Source of the DNA: Squalus acanthias
Taxonomy: Eukaryota
NCBI GenBank assembly: GCA_030390025.1
Contig: CM059432.1
Location: forward strand, 150,538,001-150,602,000
Direction of reading: 5' to 3'
Length of the DNA: 64,000 nucleotides
The notes under the pieces: generated by a model
Databases searched by the model: none
The model's input: only the letters and a program-made list of their open reading frames with translations
Told to the model about the DNA's origin: nothing
Translations under genes and position numbers: made by a program
Shown here: positions 12,820 through 25,647 of the stretch, in pieces
How positions within the stretch are numbered: the stretch's first letter is position 1
Layout: every line of letters starts with the position of its first letter

Positions 12820-14337
12820 ATATCTCTTACAGAAGCTTCCACTCAACTGTGGCTATCTAATTAATCAACAGGTGCAGTCATTGCCCTGTCATTTTCCTCC
12901 TTCCATTCATTGTTCTTTCTTTCACTGCTTGAGGAAAACTAAAATGCTTCCTCTTCTTGCCCTCTATCCCCATTTTCAAATCACAGGTACCATCCTGCTG
13001 CTGTTCTTAAGTTCTGCCACAGGGTGCCCCTGTAACATTACAGCAACACCTAGTGGCAGAAATTAGGTCCACTGTCAAGAATCGTTTATGCTACTTCTAC
13101 CTAAAAATAGCTAGTCCCAGGCCTCAGATCAGTGGTATTTTGCCTTCTGTGATCTTAAGACCATTGCCAACTCATGTGTTGGTCACATTCTTCAAGCAGC
13201 TGACATTGCCATTATAGCAATATGGTAAAGAACTTTCTGATGCTTCTCTTTAAGCTTCCAATGCAGCACCGCTGCTTTGAATGTGCAGATTAGCAGCGAG
13301 ACCTAATGAAGGAATTGGTGTTCCATCATTCGCAAACTGTCAATGTCATGTCTACCCTACCTTTGCACTGTGACATTAACTTTAAGAGTAGAAAATGTAA
13401 AAATATTTTTGGCAGTGAAGTGATCCTCAACCGACATAACTAGACATATATAAAGTTTTTTTTTCAAATGTCCCCAATTTAATCTGCACAAGTCTATGTG
13501 AAACTGTTTCATAATTGACAAATTCAACTTCCTAGTCATCAACTGCACCTCATTTCTCAATAAATTGACAGAATTAATGATCTCAGTACTGTAGGAGTGC
13601 CATCATTTTCGAAGAATTGAAAATGTATGCATCAGGCATGATGTCCAAGCTTTCGTCTCCACATGCCACATAGGTGTAAACCATGGTTTAATCCCGTTAA
13701 TTTGCAGATATCTGAAATTGCTGATACTAACAGATCTTGGTGTTTGATTTCGGATTTATCCACCAATGAGGCAGCAGCGCCAAAAATGTCCCTTTCCAAA
13801 CCTGAAGCCCGCTACATTCAAACAGAACAAACAAGTGAATGAGAAATACAAGCACACATACGGCTGAGCTGCATCAGCTTCGAATGTTGGAATGCCAATA
13901 CTGAGTGGGGGGGGGTTGCACAGGTGGCCCATTGGCTACAGTTTGGGCATCCCTAATATAAAGTGTTGGCATCATCTGCAATCATAAAATCTATTGCAAC
14001 ACTAAAATAAAACCTCTGCCTAAAAGTAAAGTGGTAGGTTATAAATATAAAATGCTACGGTGTGACTTTAAGGCTCGATCTAGTCTCAGGCTTCATTCTC
14101 ATAATGTAACCGTCTGAAATCCATAATTAAATTAATGCTTTGTATTACCCCAGCTTTTAATTATTTTCTTTTATAAAACTGAGCAGATCTGGCATACAGC
14201 ACATCTAGGAAGCTCAAAATAATTTAGTTGATAAACAATTAAATATTACATTTTCTTCTCCATTCTTACCCCTCTAGGAATTCAATATATTAAATAATTC
14301 CCTTTAATATTTCAATGCATCATACTAGCCTAAACAT

Positions 14338-14457
14338 CCACTCCCTCCACCACCGGCACACCATGGCTGCAGTGTGTATAATGTAAAGGATGCATTGCAA
14401 CAACTTGCCAAGGTATCTTCAGCAGCACCTCCGAAACCCATGACCTCCATCAACCAA
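14338..14457 (+). mobile_element. Old LINE fragment related to 54340-54720
   Basis: Shares catggctgcagtgtgtata..ggatgca..caact..ccaagg..cagcacctcc with the 54.3 kb copy. Confidence 0.5.
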
Positions 14458-15024
14458 GTTACCGATCCCCTGACCTCGGATCACCCTCTCCCAGGCTCGA
14501 GCCCCTGACCTCCCCCAGACCCCCACCCCTTAGAAATTTCGAGGCCAATGTCTTCCTTTTCTGTATGGCTCATTTACTCACTGGAGGTGCCAATGTGAAT
14601 CACTTTAAACTGCAAGTGTTAGTCCCACCACATCGTCTCCTTTAACCAGTACCAAAGGCGAGTAATCAGTGAACCAGGACTAGAATACATTGCAGTGGTT
14701 TTGAGAGTCACACATGTGTGAATCACTTTCTTAATACAGTACTGTACTAATAAACAATAGGATAGATTTTTAATACAGTGGTGCATTACAGATAAAAGAT
14801 ATGGAGCTCTCCAGAAACATTAAGTTCCAGAACAAAAAGAATCAGAGGTCTTACCTTATTTACAAACAGCAGGATTATCGTATCATATATTAAGCAGTTC
14901 AATCAGGCAGAAATGCCTCGAGGACCAGATAGCAAAACCTCAGAGATTAATAAATTGATTTGTACAAATCCACTGCTAAAAGCTAGTGAATAGCTAGACA
15001 ATTGCAGTAAGCCATGAGATACAC

Positions 15025-15530
15025 GGGGGGGAATTTTAGCACACAAAAACAGGTGGTTGGGTCCGGGTCAGATGTTAAAAAATTTTAAATCTGAACCCCA
15101 ACCCCAACCACTCATTTCCACTTTTACGCAGGTGGGACAAGGGTCAGACAACCAACACGCTCCTAGGAGGCGGGTTGGCAATTTCAATATTTTAATGAGG
15201 CTGGCAGCCTGTGTGTGTTAACCTGCTTTTCAGGTTTTACAGTAGGCGGTTGGGTCTCCCAGGCCTCGGGAAACCCAGCAGCTGAAGTGAGGAGTGAACA
15301 GCTTTAGGGAGAAGATAAGTGCCTTCACAGTACTGCTTGTGGGCCAGGAGGAGCTGAAGTGCTTCCCCCCGGCCCCCCAAGCTCCAGTCCTCCAATCAGA
15401 CGCCCTCCCCCACCTCCGCCCATACAAAGACCCCCAATGTTGGAGATAGGAACCCCACCCCCAGCATCGGACGCCCGTCCAAAACTCCGCCCTTCCCGCC
15501 TATGTAACCCACCCCTGTTATAACCAGGCC
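15025..15530. mobile_element. Degenerate Harbinger-type MITE
   Basis: Begins GGGGGGGAATTTT, GC-rich body, ends TTATAACCAGGCC. Confidence 0.5.
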
Positions 15531-16133
15531 ACTGTTACTCAGAATATACATTAATACTGTGGGCTTTTAAACAGTGAAAATAGAAAAGGTTGCTCATTTT
15601 AATGAAGTAAAATATAATGATCTCAGTGTGCAAGCATGACTATGCTTGTACTAATACTCTTAAAGATGCCAGAGAGAATTTCTGTGAAAACACTGGAGAA
15701 ATGTCACGATCGTCCGTTTACCCCATTTTTCCAGGGTTTCCGCTGAAGTTACAGCAGAAGATCAGGAGAACCCTTACGGAAATTACTGGTGATGGCGCAG
15801 CTACAAAATAAACTGGGCTTCGCAGTTAATTCGGAGTGACTCTCGGTTAATTCTATCTCAAACAGTACCACCACTGTCTCAAGAGTCATTGGTTTGCTAC
15901 CTTACCCGTTCTCAGCAATGCTTTTAAATGTATTGGATTCTTTCATTGGCATGTTGTACGGTGATGCAACCCCATTCTATTTTTTGATAAAAGAACACCC
16001 ATAATTAACAAAAAGAAATGCTGCAAACAAATTGGTTGCTACCACCTTCTCAGGACAGAATATGCACAATGTCATGACATCTTCCCCATATTAAGCTTCA
16101 GTCTTACACTCGACACCTATAGTCTAAAACAAT

Positions 16134-16896
16134 GGCCCAAAAATTCGGCTGAATACGGGAGAGTACGCACTGTGTACTCACCCGTATTTGGTCCCGAAGT
16201 GCCGGTTTCCTGCATGCACTGCGCATGCGCGGGAAACCGGCACTTCCAGTATGGTGAAGGGGGCGGTTCCTAGGTGAACCGCGTGCGCACTACAGGCTGC
16301 GCGCACGCAGCACACTTAGGTTTTTTTTCAGGTTTCAACGCGAGGGTAAGTATGGAAGATTATACACATGTAAAAAGGAGGCGTAAGACCCCTTTTGAAC
16401 AAGGTAAGTAGTTAATTAAGTATAATTTTTAATTTTTTTCAACAGGTTTATCTTTTTTAGAGACTTTAAAGAAAGGTAAGTTTATTTTTATAACTTTTAA
16501 AAAATGTTTTAATTTTTTCAAAAATTTAAATTTTTGTTTAAAGTGGTTAATTTATTTAACTATAGTTATTTTATTAATGTAATGGTTTTTTTTAAATTAA
16601 TTTGAGGTTTAGCTGTTCTTTTGGGGTCTCTTTCAATTCACAGATTTGACAGGTCTCCTGTCAAATCTATGAATGAAAGATGGTGTGCTGCCATTGGCTC
16701 TCCATGGCCCACGTGATCCCAGGGGTCACATCGCACTAACTGCGCCCCTGGGACACGCAAGCACTGCGCGCCGGCACTAGGGAGAGGCCCAGGACCCGAA
16801 GTTCCTGTGGGCCCAAAACACAACGGCTGGCGCGGTGTGTGATATCGCGCGCGATCCTTACCCCCGCGGCAAGCCTCCGAGTCAAATTTCTGGGCC
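16134..16896. mobile_element. Harbinger-type MITE, complete
   Basis: TIR GGCCCAAAAATT / AATTTCTGGGCC (11/12); AAT TSD at 16131-16133 and 16897-16899. Confidence 0.88.
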
Positions 16897-16909
16897 AATA
16901 GATGGCCAC

Positions 16910-18165
16910 TGTAAGATTCTCAAAATTCACAGATCCCCAAAAACTCGAAGACAAACCCTGAGGAAAGAGACTTTGGACTCTTTTCTAGCTATTACAGGGT
17001 GGTGAAGTGCATTGGGCCTAACCGAAGGACTTTGAGCAAAAACCAAGATTTTGGTACTTTTAAAACATGTCTGGGCTTGTAAGGGAGAAAAAGGCTGTGA
17101 AGGAAGGTGGGAACAACCTCTGTAAAAACAGTTTAGGTATTGGAGCTAATGGGAACTGTCTGGGGAACCGCATGATCTCGCTGGGAGTGTAAATCGGCCC
17201 CTATCAGACATTAGCATCCTAACAATAAACCCGAGGAAAACCAGTCTCCACACAAATTTACAGAGCCCATTGAAGACATGCATAAAACAGATACTCTATA
17301 GAAATCCTAGGCCCAGTCAAGAAACCCAAAACATGAGGACAATTCAAGACACATTAAACAACAGATCGACAGGATGGAGCTATCCCGAAACCACTTCGCA
17401 CATTTACAAACCAGTTACTGTTAACGAGCCCTCCAAAATCTTACAATGACCGGGATTTGATTTGGTGCAGATAAGGAAGCTTCAATGGGTATAATTAAAG
17501 GCCCGTTCTCAACAGTTCAAGTTCGAGTTCTGCAGGACAGTTACACAGTTCAACAGAAACAAGTTCAACAAGCAGGAAGAAGGCAGTTCCACAGCTCTGA
17601 AGAAGACAGTTCAACAAGGCGAGGGGGCAACAGAAAGAAGTTCAACAAAGAAGGCCAACAGCTCCAGAAGTAGGCTGACACGAGAAGAAACCAGAGCAAC
17701 AGTTCCAGTGACCATCAGACACCTCGCGGCAACAAGGGCCTTACGAAACGTCTTACTTAAAAAGACTCTAAACCCTATCTCTAACAGAGGAAAAGTGGGT
17801 AATCCAGCGAATCCCAAAACCGCAAACCAGCTCAACTGTCAAGGATTCGTTTGGTGAGCATTATCCCTGGTTCTCTAGGGTCCAACCTAGCTAGTGAAGT
17901 GGGATTGGGAGGGGTGAAGTATTCTTCTAATGTTATTTCCCCTCGCTTGTACCGAAGTGTTCCCCACTTTTAGAGTGTTAAGAGTGTTAGTGTTGTGTTT
18001 TACTTTCTTGAATAAAGATCAAAGTTCTTTCATCAAACTCAGTTGTCTGCTGCACTTTTTATCACAACCCCCAAATAAGTCCAAGGTCTAGAACCAAGGC
18101 AGTGGGAGCGATTCAAACCGCTCAGAAGTCAGAGGTGAAGCTGACACAAACCACTACCCCCTACA
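16910..18165 (+). mobile_element. Probable solo LTR
   Basis: TGTAAG start (16910; alternative TGTAAGGG at 17078), CCCCCTACA end, AATAAA at 18011-18016, flanks ccac/ccag (3/4); no coding motifs. Confidence 0.5.
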
Positions 18166-18397
18166 CCAGGGGAGAACTCAAACAGATGCATGTGGTTTCA
18201 TTCATTCGGAGTTTGTACGTGCCAGCCCGTAACCAGCCCCAGGCTGCATACACATTTGAATTTCACCACTGATTACCTGTTCCCCTGTCCTTGCTTCGTC
18301 AGGTTAGGATTTCAGAATTACGTGGAATCAAATTATGCCATTCAGCCCAGACGTAATCACACTAATCAAACAAAGGATTTATCACATACAATTAACA

Positions 18398-20320
18398 GCA
18401 CAGTAACAGACCATTCGGCCGGTGTTATTTGCTCCACATGAGCCTCCTCCCACTCTAATTACTTCATCTCACCCTATTAACATATCCTTCTATTCCTTTC
18501 TCCCTCATGTGTTTATCCAGCTTCCCCTTAAATGCATCTATACTATTCGCCTCAACCACCCCCTGTGGTAGCGAGTGCCACATTCTCATCACTCTCTGGG
18601 TAAAGAAGTTTCTCCTGAATTCTTTATTGGATTTATTAGTGACTAGCTTATATTTATGGCCCCTATTTTTGGTCTCCCTCACAAATGGAAACATCTTCTC
18701 CACGTCTACCCTACCAAACCCTTCATAATTTTAAAGACCTCTATCAGGTCACCCCTCAATCTTCTTTTTTCTGGAGAAAAGATCCCCAGCCTGTTCCATT
18801 TTTCCTGATATTTGTACCCACTCAGTTTTGTTATCATCCTTGTAAATCTTGTTTGCACTCTCCAATGTTTCTATATCCCTTTTGTAATATGGAGACCAGA
18901 AATGTGCACAGTACTCTAAATGTGGTCTAACCAAGCTTCTATACAAGTTTTACATAGCTATTCTATTCCTCTAAAAATGAACCCCAGGTGATTTGTTTGT
19001 ATTTGTTATGGCTTTGTTAACCTGCATTGCTACTTTTAATGATTTGTGAATCTGTACCCCTAGATCCCTTTGCGCCTCTACTCCATTTAAACTCTTACTT
19101 TCCAAGGAGTAGGTAGCCTCCTTATGCTTCCTATCAAAATGCACCACCTCGCACTTATCTATATTGAAATTAATTTGCCATTTACACATCCATTTTGCAT
19201 GTTTGTTAATGTCTTCTTGATATTGTACTTCCAATTCCGGAGTCCAAATCATTTATGTAAATGGTGAACAACAGTGGTCCTAGCACTGATCCCTGTAGAA
19301 CACCACTTCCCACCTTCCTCCAGTCTGAGTAACTACCTTTAACCCCTACTTTTTGCTTTCTATTTTGTCGCCAGGTTGCTATCCATTTTGCTATTTGTCC
19401 CCTGACTCCACCTTAGTCGTGCGCCTGCTATGCGGTACCTTATCGAAGATCTTTTGAAAGTCCATGTATATTACAACTACAGCATTACCCTTGTCTACTC
19501 CTTTTGTTACTTTTTCCAGAGAAATTAATACAATTGGTCAAGCATGACCTTCCCTTTTGAAATCCATGCTGACTATTCTTTATTATATTTTTGGTTTCTA
19601 GTTATTTTTCTATTACATCCTTGAATAAAAATTCCAATATCTTTCCTACCACCGACATTAAGCTAACTGGTCTATAGTTCCCTGGACTTGTTCTATCCCC
19701 CTTTTTGAATATAGGAATAACATTGAGGTCTGGCAGACAGCTAGTTTCTATTGATTTTTTAAATATACAGATGTATACTAGTGCCTATGCTATCTCTTTC
19801 CTAATTTCTTTGAGTATGCGCTGATGCAATCCATCTGGACTTGGTATTTTATCCTCTCCAAGTTTGGCTAGTTTATCAATTATCTCCCTCCTTTCTATCA
19901 TAAATGTCTTGATATCCTTTTAGACCTCTTCTTCTAATGTCATATCCACCTTGTTAGTCTCCCTGGTAAAAACTGAGGCAAAGTAACTATTCAATATTCC
20001 TGCCATTTACCTATCATTGCCTAGGAGTTTATCGCGTGTACCCTTAGTGGCCCTATCCATATATTAATTTTCCTTTTGTTATTTCTGTCTCTATAGAATA
20101 CTTTACCATTTCTTTTTATATTATTTGATAATTTCATTTCGTAATTCCTCTTTGCCTTCCTAATTATTTTTAAAACTTCTTTCCTAAGCTCTTCGTGTTC
20201 CCTTTTGTCACCCTTTCCTTTATTGTCTATGTACTTAGTGTATGCCTTTTTCTTTAAATTCAATTTTACCCTTATCTCTTTATTCATCCATGGTATCTCA
20301 TTATTGGCTAGTTTGTTCTC
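18398..20320 (-). mobile_element. CR1 LINE, decayed
   Basis: [31 protein letters not shown] fragments; similar to 8851-10777. Confidence 0.9.
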
Positions 20321-20961
20321 AATTTTTAGTACAAGAGGAGGCTATTCAGCCCATCGTGCCTGTACCAGCTCTTTGAAAGAGCTATCCAATTAGTCGCATT
20401 GCCCTGTAATATTTTTTATATATATATATATATAGCATAAACACTTTCCACTTTTCATATTATTTTTCCTTCGCCAAATGAACATTTTCAGAAATTTCCA
20501 ACTAACAACATGACCCTAAAATAAATACATTCAGGGTCTCGTCCAGCTCATCATTTGGAGAAGGTCGTGTACTGTTCATTTATTTCAAAAAATGAGCGGA
20601 CATAAAATTCACTTTACAAAGTAGTCAAGATTTACAAAAAAAAACGACCTGCACAACTGAAAGTATCAGACTCCCGATTAAATTATCCAACTGCTGACAG
20701 AACATTATTTCTGGAATTATCATTTTTTTATTGATCACTTTTAAAAATATTTCCCACTGCTGTTCTCTTTTTTCCAGTTTACAATCCCTACTTCCATCCT
20801 CATCCCCTCACAGTTATTTTTTTTTCATCTATTACTTAGGTCTTTGTCTTACTTATGTCTCCCTCAATCATTATATAGATATGAATGTCAACAAAAGGCA
20901 ACACAGATACATCAACTATTGTAGCCACACCCTGGGAAGAAAAGGGATCTGTTCTACATTT

Positions 20962-21342
20962 AGAAACATAGAATCATAGAATCTAGGAGCAGGAGTAGGC
21001 CATTCGGCCCGTCAAGCCTGCTCCACCATTCAATACGATCATGGCTGATCATCCAAATCCAGTACCCTGTCCCTGCTTTAATCCCCACAGTACACATATC
21101 CCACCCTACCCCCATAACCCCACGTATTTAATCCCCCCTCTAACACTAAGGGTCAATTTATCATAGCCAAATCAACCTAACCCGCACATTTTTGGACTGT
21201 GGGAGGAAACCGGAGCACCCGGAGGAAACCCACGCAGACACGGGGAGAATGTGCAAACTCCACACAGACAGTCACCCGAGGTCAGATTCGAACCCGGGTC
21301 CCTGGCGCTGTGAGGCACCAGTGCTAACCACTATGCCACCGT
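20962..21342 (-). mobile_element. tRNA-derived V-SINE (HE1-like) with CR1-derived tail
   Basis: Box A/B head (ggtggcatagtggttagc..gggttcgaatc), V-domain gtgggtttcctccgggtgctccggtttcctccc, tail matching the CR1 at 53180. Confidence 0.88.
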
Positions 21343-22127
21343 TCTAGGAACCTACACACTCTATGCCTTACTAAACCTCATATGAAAATGACTGGCAAGT
21401 AAACCAATGAAGAATAAGCCAGCTCTTCTTCTGTACACAGTCACAGTTCTCTTAAGTAATTCTCAGAAAATATAGGACGATAAAGAAATTAGCATTTATA
21501 ATATTAAATTATCATTCCTTGCATTTCTAACAATCTACTGTTACATCACATAAAACAAAAATCTGAAATTCCATCTGATACAGTACAACGCTGCACAAAA
21601 CTTGAACAGTCCAGCCAGCAAACAAAAATGTACACACATAAGCATAAAATACTGAGAAGAAAAATACAAGAAACTGCTATTAAATTGTACATTTTTAAGA
21701 CTATAATTATTAGGTGTGTGTTTGCATTAAATCCACAACAAATGGTTGGCAGTAAATAAGCTGTCGTTGAACAATAGGAATTCTGCTGCTGTTCATTTAT
21801 CACTGAACCATGCAGTCGTGAATGATATACAAACGTGGTTATAGATGCACAGCACAGTATTCAAAATGTCAGTTATCACATTTGCAGTAAACTTCCACAA
21901 AAAATTATAACTGAAAATGGCAGTGAAAAAAGTAGTTTGCTTACATTTGCCTGCATAAGAATAGTCACTGCATTCCAAAAGCCATTCACTGTGCGATGAT
22001 CTTTGAGATATTATTGCAATATAAGGTGCAAGTAATTCTTTCACAAGATCTGAGTTTAACAGACTATCCTAAGAAAAGTCTCTACAACTACAAGTACATC
22101 ATATATGTAGAGAGCCTGAACAGACTC

Positions 22128-22846
22128 GGGGAGAAATTCATTATAACCCCGTTTGGGGTGCTAACTTTTAAAAGTTGAGAAAATTAGCGCTAGGTGCCAA
22201 CGTTTCTAAGCTTTTAAAAAATTCGGTTTTGCGCTCCAGGAAGGAAGTGGAACGCTAAATCAAACGCTCCACTTCCACCTGGAACAGAATCGGCAGCAGG
22301 CGGGGCGGAGATTTCAGCAGCGCTGCACACTGGGCCGTGCAGCACTGCCGCGTTCAAAGGCTCCTTCCCTCCCTTAAAGGGAAGGGCCATCGCTGCAGGC
22401 TCTGCAATAGAAAAAGTACCTACCTGGACCACCAAGGCAGCTGCAATCAGCCCAGCGCTTAAGCAGAGTGCCAAGCTGATCGATTGCGGGCAGGAACCCG
22501 TGGAAAAAACTGGAAGAAGAAAGGTAAGTTTTTTTTTTACTTACCTCAACCACGTCGCCTTTAATCATCGCCCCCGAAGCGGCCGACCGCCCGATGCACG
22601 CCTCCTACAGCTGTCGGTGTTTTTGACCAGCGCTGCTGCAGGGGGCGGAAGTCAATATCGTGTCCAGGGCACTATGATCTGCGGGCGAAGAAGATCGGGG
22701 CGCAACGCCGTAGTGCCGCCACAAAACTCCCGCAGAATATGGCGGGAGTCGATGTCAGCGCCGCACCCGGTCACAAAGACATTTGCACCCCGTTAGTGCC
22801 CCCAGGGGTACTAATGGGAGGCACAAAGGCACCCAATTTCGCCCCC
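22128..22846 (-). mobile_element. Non-autonomous derivative related to the 2772-6815 Harbinger family
   Basis: Ends GGGGAGAAATTCA and AATTTCGCCCCC; both subterminal regions resemble the ends of 2772-6815 in reverse orientation; no coding sequence. Confidence 0.8.
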
Positions 22847-24111
22847 TGAGTCTCTTGTGCTCACTTGCTTATACATGGGGAATATTCTGTAAAATGTTCT
22901 AGCAGTAAAACTTCAAAGTTGTCTCAACTATTTACAGCGAAATGATTCATCAAAGGTGCAAGACAATTAAATGCAAAAAAAAGGGGGTAATGATGAAATC
23001 ATGTTACTATGACATCAACCAGCGCACTGCAGACTGACTCTACAGCCGATCTTAGATTGCTCTTTTAATTAGGATTGCGTGATCCCTGCATCTGTGATCT
23101 GCTCCCTCGGAATTACGCTGTTATATCCGTTTTCTGTAGCCTAACAGCAGACTCGCAAATCCAGGTAAATTTGTTTTCAGTAGCTCAGCAGCAAGTAAAA
23201 CCAGATCCAGAAATCTGCTGCCAGGTTACAGAAAGGAAAATATAAAGCATAAGCAGCAACAGCCAGCTCCCCGAATCCAAATTAGAATAATATAAAAACA
23301 GCTTTAAGTGGTTCTTATTAGAGATAAGATCCTTTGAGAAGAGGAGAATAATTGGTTTTCAAACCTATAATAATCCTCTCAATTATTTCTAGCATTTTTT
23401 TATACAAAAGTCATTAAAAATGTTAGAAACCATTATTTTTTCTTCTACAGGTATATTCTGTATGAGCTGCACCAATGTCTAGGCAATCACAAAAGTATTT
23501 AATACATCCCACATCATTACAGTAGACTGTGCTTACTACGGCCAGTCAACTGGTTAAGTGAAATAGCTTTGCAAAAATAATTTTTATTTTTGTTGTATAA
23601 AACATACATTTAGGAGAACGGTTTCTCATCAGCTCTAGGACAATTTACTCCAGAAACAAGATTCTTATATGTACCATGAATTTCACACATCCATGCGGTA
23701 ATATAGAAGTTAGTCAGGAAATCACGTGCATGCGTGCTAGAGTAGTGTACTATATTCTAGAGTGGTCAGTTCCATAAAAGTGGTAGGTAAAAAATCAACC
23801 AGGAATTTCAATCCATCAGAAAACCAGCAGTCTGGGGGCGAGAGGTGTATAGTCTGGGATTAAGCTAATTAAAGGTTGGGCAGCCAAACACAAAAGGAAA
23901 CAAACCCAAGCTTCACATTTATGAAGAAAAAAAAAGTGAGGGTAAGGATATCGAAGAACAGGCACCTATAGTCAGATGGCTCAAACTTGCTCAAAGGAAG
24001 CAAATGTTTCAGGTCATATTTAGTTAGCTAAAGAAAAAACTCTTGCAATTCATAACAGGAGGGAAAGCACAGGGAGGGCTGGTTATTCCAATGGAAGGAC
24101 AAGGACAAGAA

Positions 24112-24550
24112 CAGAAAGAACTTGCACCTTTCACAACCTTAGGACATCCTACAGTGCTTTATAGCCAATGAAATACCTTTGAAGTGTAGTCATTGTTGTA
24201 ATGAGGGAAACACGGCAGCGAATGTACGCACAGGAAAGTCCCACAAACAGCAATGAGAAAATAACCAGATACAGTAATCTGTTTTTTTTAAAAGTGATTT
24301 TGGTTGAGGAATAAATACTGGCCAGGGCACCAGGGAGATGTCCCTTGCTCTTATTCGAAATAACGGCATGGAATCTTTTACGTCCACCTGAGAGGGCAGA
24401 CAAGGCCTCAGTTAAACATCTCATCCGAAAATCAGTGTAGCACTCCCCAGTACTCAACTGAAGTGTCAGCCTAGATTTTGTACTCAAGTCTCTGGAGTGG
24501 GATTTGAACCCACAACCTTCTGACTCTGAGGCAAGAGTGCTACTACTGGA
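24112..24550 (-). mobile_element. DeuSINE (SacSINE1-like), near full length
   Basis: tRNA-like head with box B gggttcaaatccc; body homologous to the 6843 copy. Confidence 0.78.
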
Positions 24551-24724
24551 TAAGAAGTTAAAACAAGGTCTCATCTGCCTGTGCCAGTGATTCAAGGGGA
24601 TGTAAAAGATCCCATAGAATTGGGAGTTCTCTCAGTGCCCTAATCAACATTTCTCCATTAGCCATCACCATCAAACGCAAATAACTAGTTACTCCCAAAA
24701 CAGATTAACTGGTCATTTAACTCA

Positions 24725-25200
24725 TTGAGACAAAGGCCAACATTTCATTAGTCTTTTAAATTATTTTTTGTACCTGTCCACTAACTTTATGATTTCTGTA
24801 TAGACCCCTAAATCTCTCTGCTCCTTCACAGTTCCGAGTTTCTCACCGTTTAGAAAATACTTGATCTATCTTTCTTAGTTCAAAAGTGGATGACCTCACA
24901 GTTCCTCACAATGAACTCCATCTGCCACAGTTTTGCCCACTCACTTAATCCATCAATGTCAACTTTTCAAATTTCTGCTCCCATCTACACTACTTACTGT
25001 GCCACCTAACTTAATGATTCTGAAGTTTTTGCTTTTACTACCCAACCCAGAAGTCCATTCCACATGATGATTACACTTTGTATGAAGAAGTATCTCCTGA
25101 CATCAATGCTAAATTGATTTTTGTTAGTCTAAACCTGTGCCCCTTGTCCTACTGTTATGGCTTAAGTTGAAGCAGTATTCTGGATTTACTGTTCCTCACT
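24725..25200 (-). mobile_element. Old CR1 fragments
   Basis: Degenerate region corresponding to WQMEF..KCEVIHF. Confidence 0.6.
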
Positions 25201-25647
25201 TATTTTACTTCAAATTCTGTTAACACCGCAACCTAAGGTACAGCAATCTATTTTCAAAGTAACAAATATAGTTCATACTGTCAACAAGTTTGTAGCCTTA
25301 GTCCAAAACTACTGCAAATCTTTTCATTTATTTTATCTTGTAGGAAAATTATGAATAGTAGAATTTTTAGAAACCGTTTTGGAGTCTAGTGTTTAGGATC
25401 TTATAACCCGTGCAGCCTGATCTCGACTTAGTAAACAAATATGTCCCCAAATGAAGCATTCTTAGCAAAGAAATGCAATAGCCGCTCAAAGGGTAGGGAG
25501 GCCTTTTCAGCTGCAGCAATGAGACACCTTCCATTTGGAAAATCATCTAATAGATTAAACTTAATGTACACTGTGTAGTTGTAAGTCACAGTTTTGTGGA
25601 CATTTGTGAAACACAACATCAGTCCTAATGGGTTTTACTCAACAATT

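Noticed and set aside
13361..13439. Possible minus-strand exon
   Set aside because: No recognisable product, and phases do not link to the other candidate exons.
21270..21342. tRNA gene (also at about 46870-46940 and 60035-60107)
   Set aside because: These are SINE heads attached to a V-domain and LINE tail.
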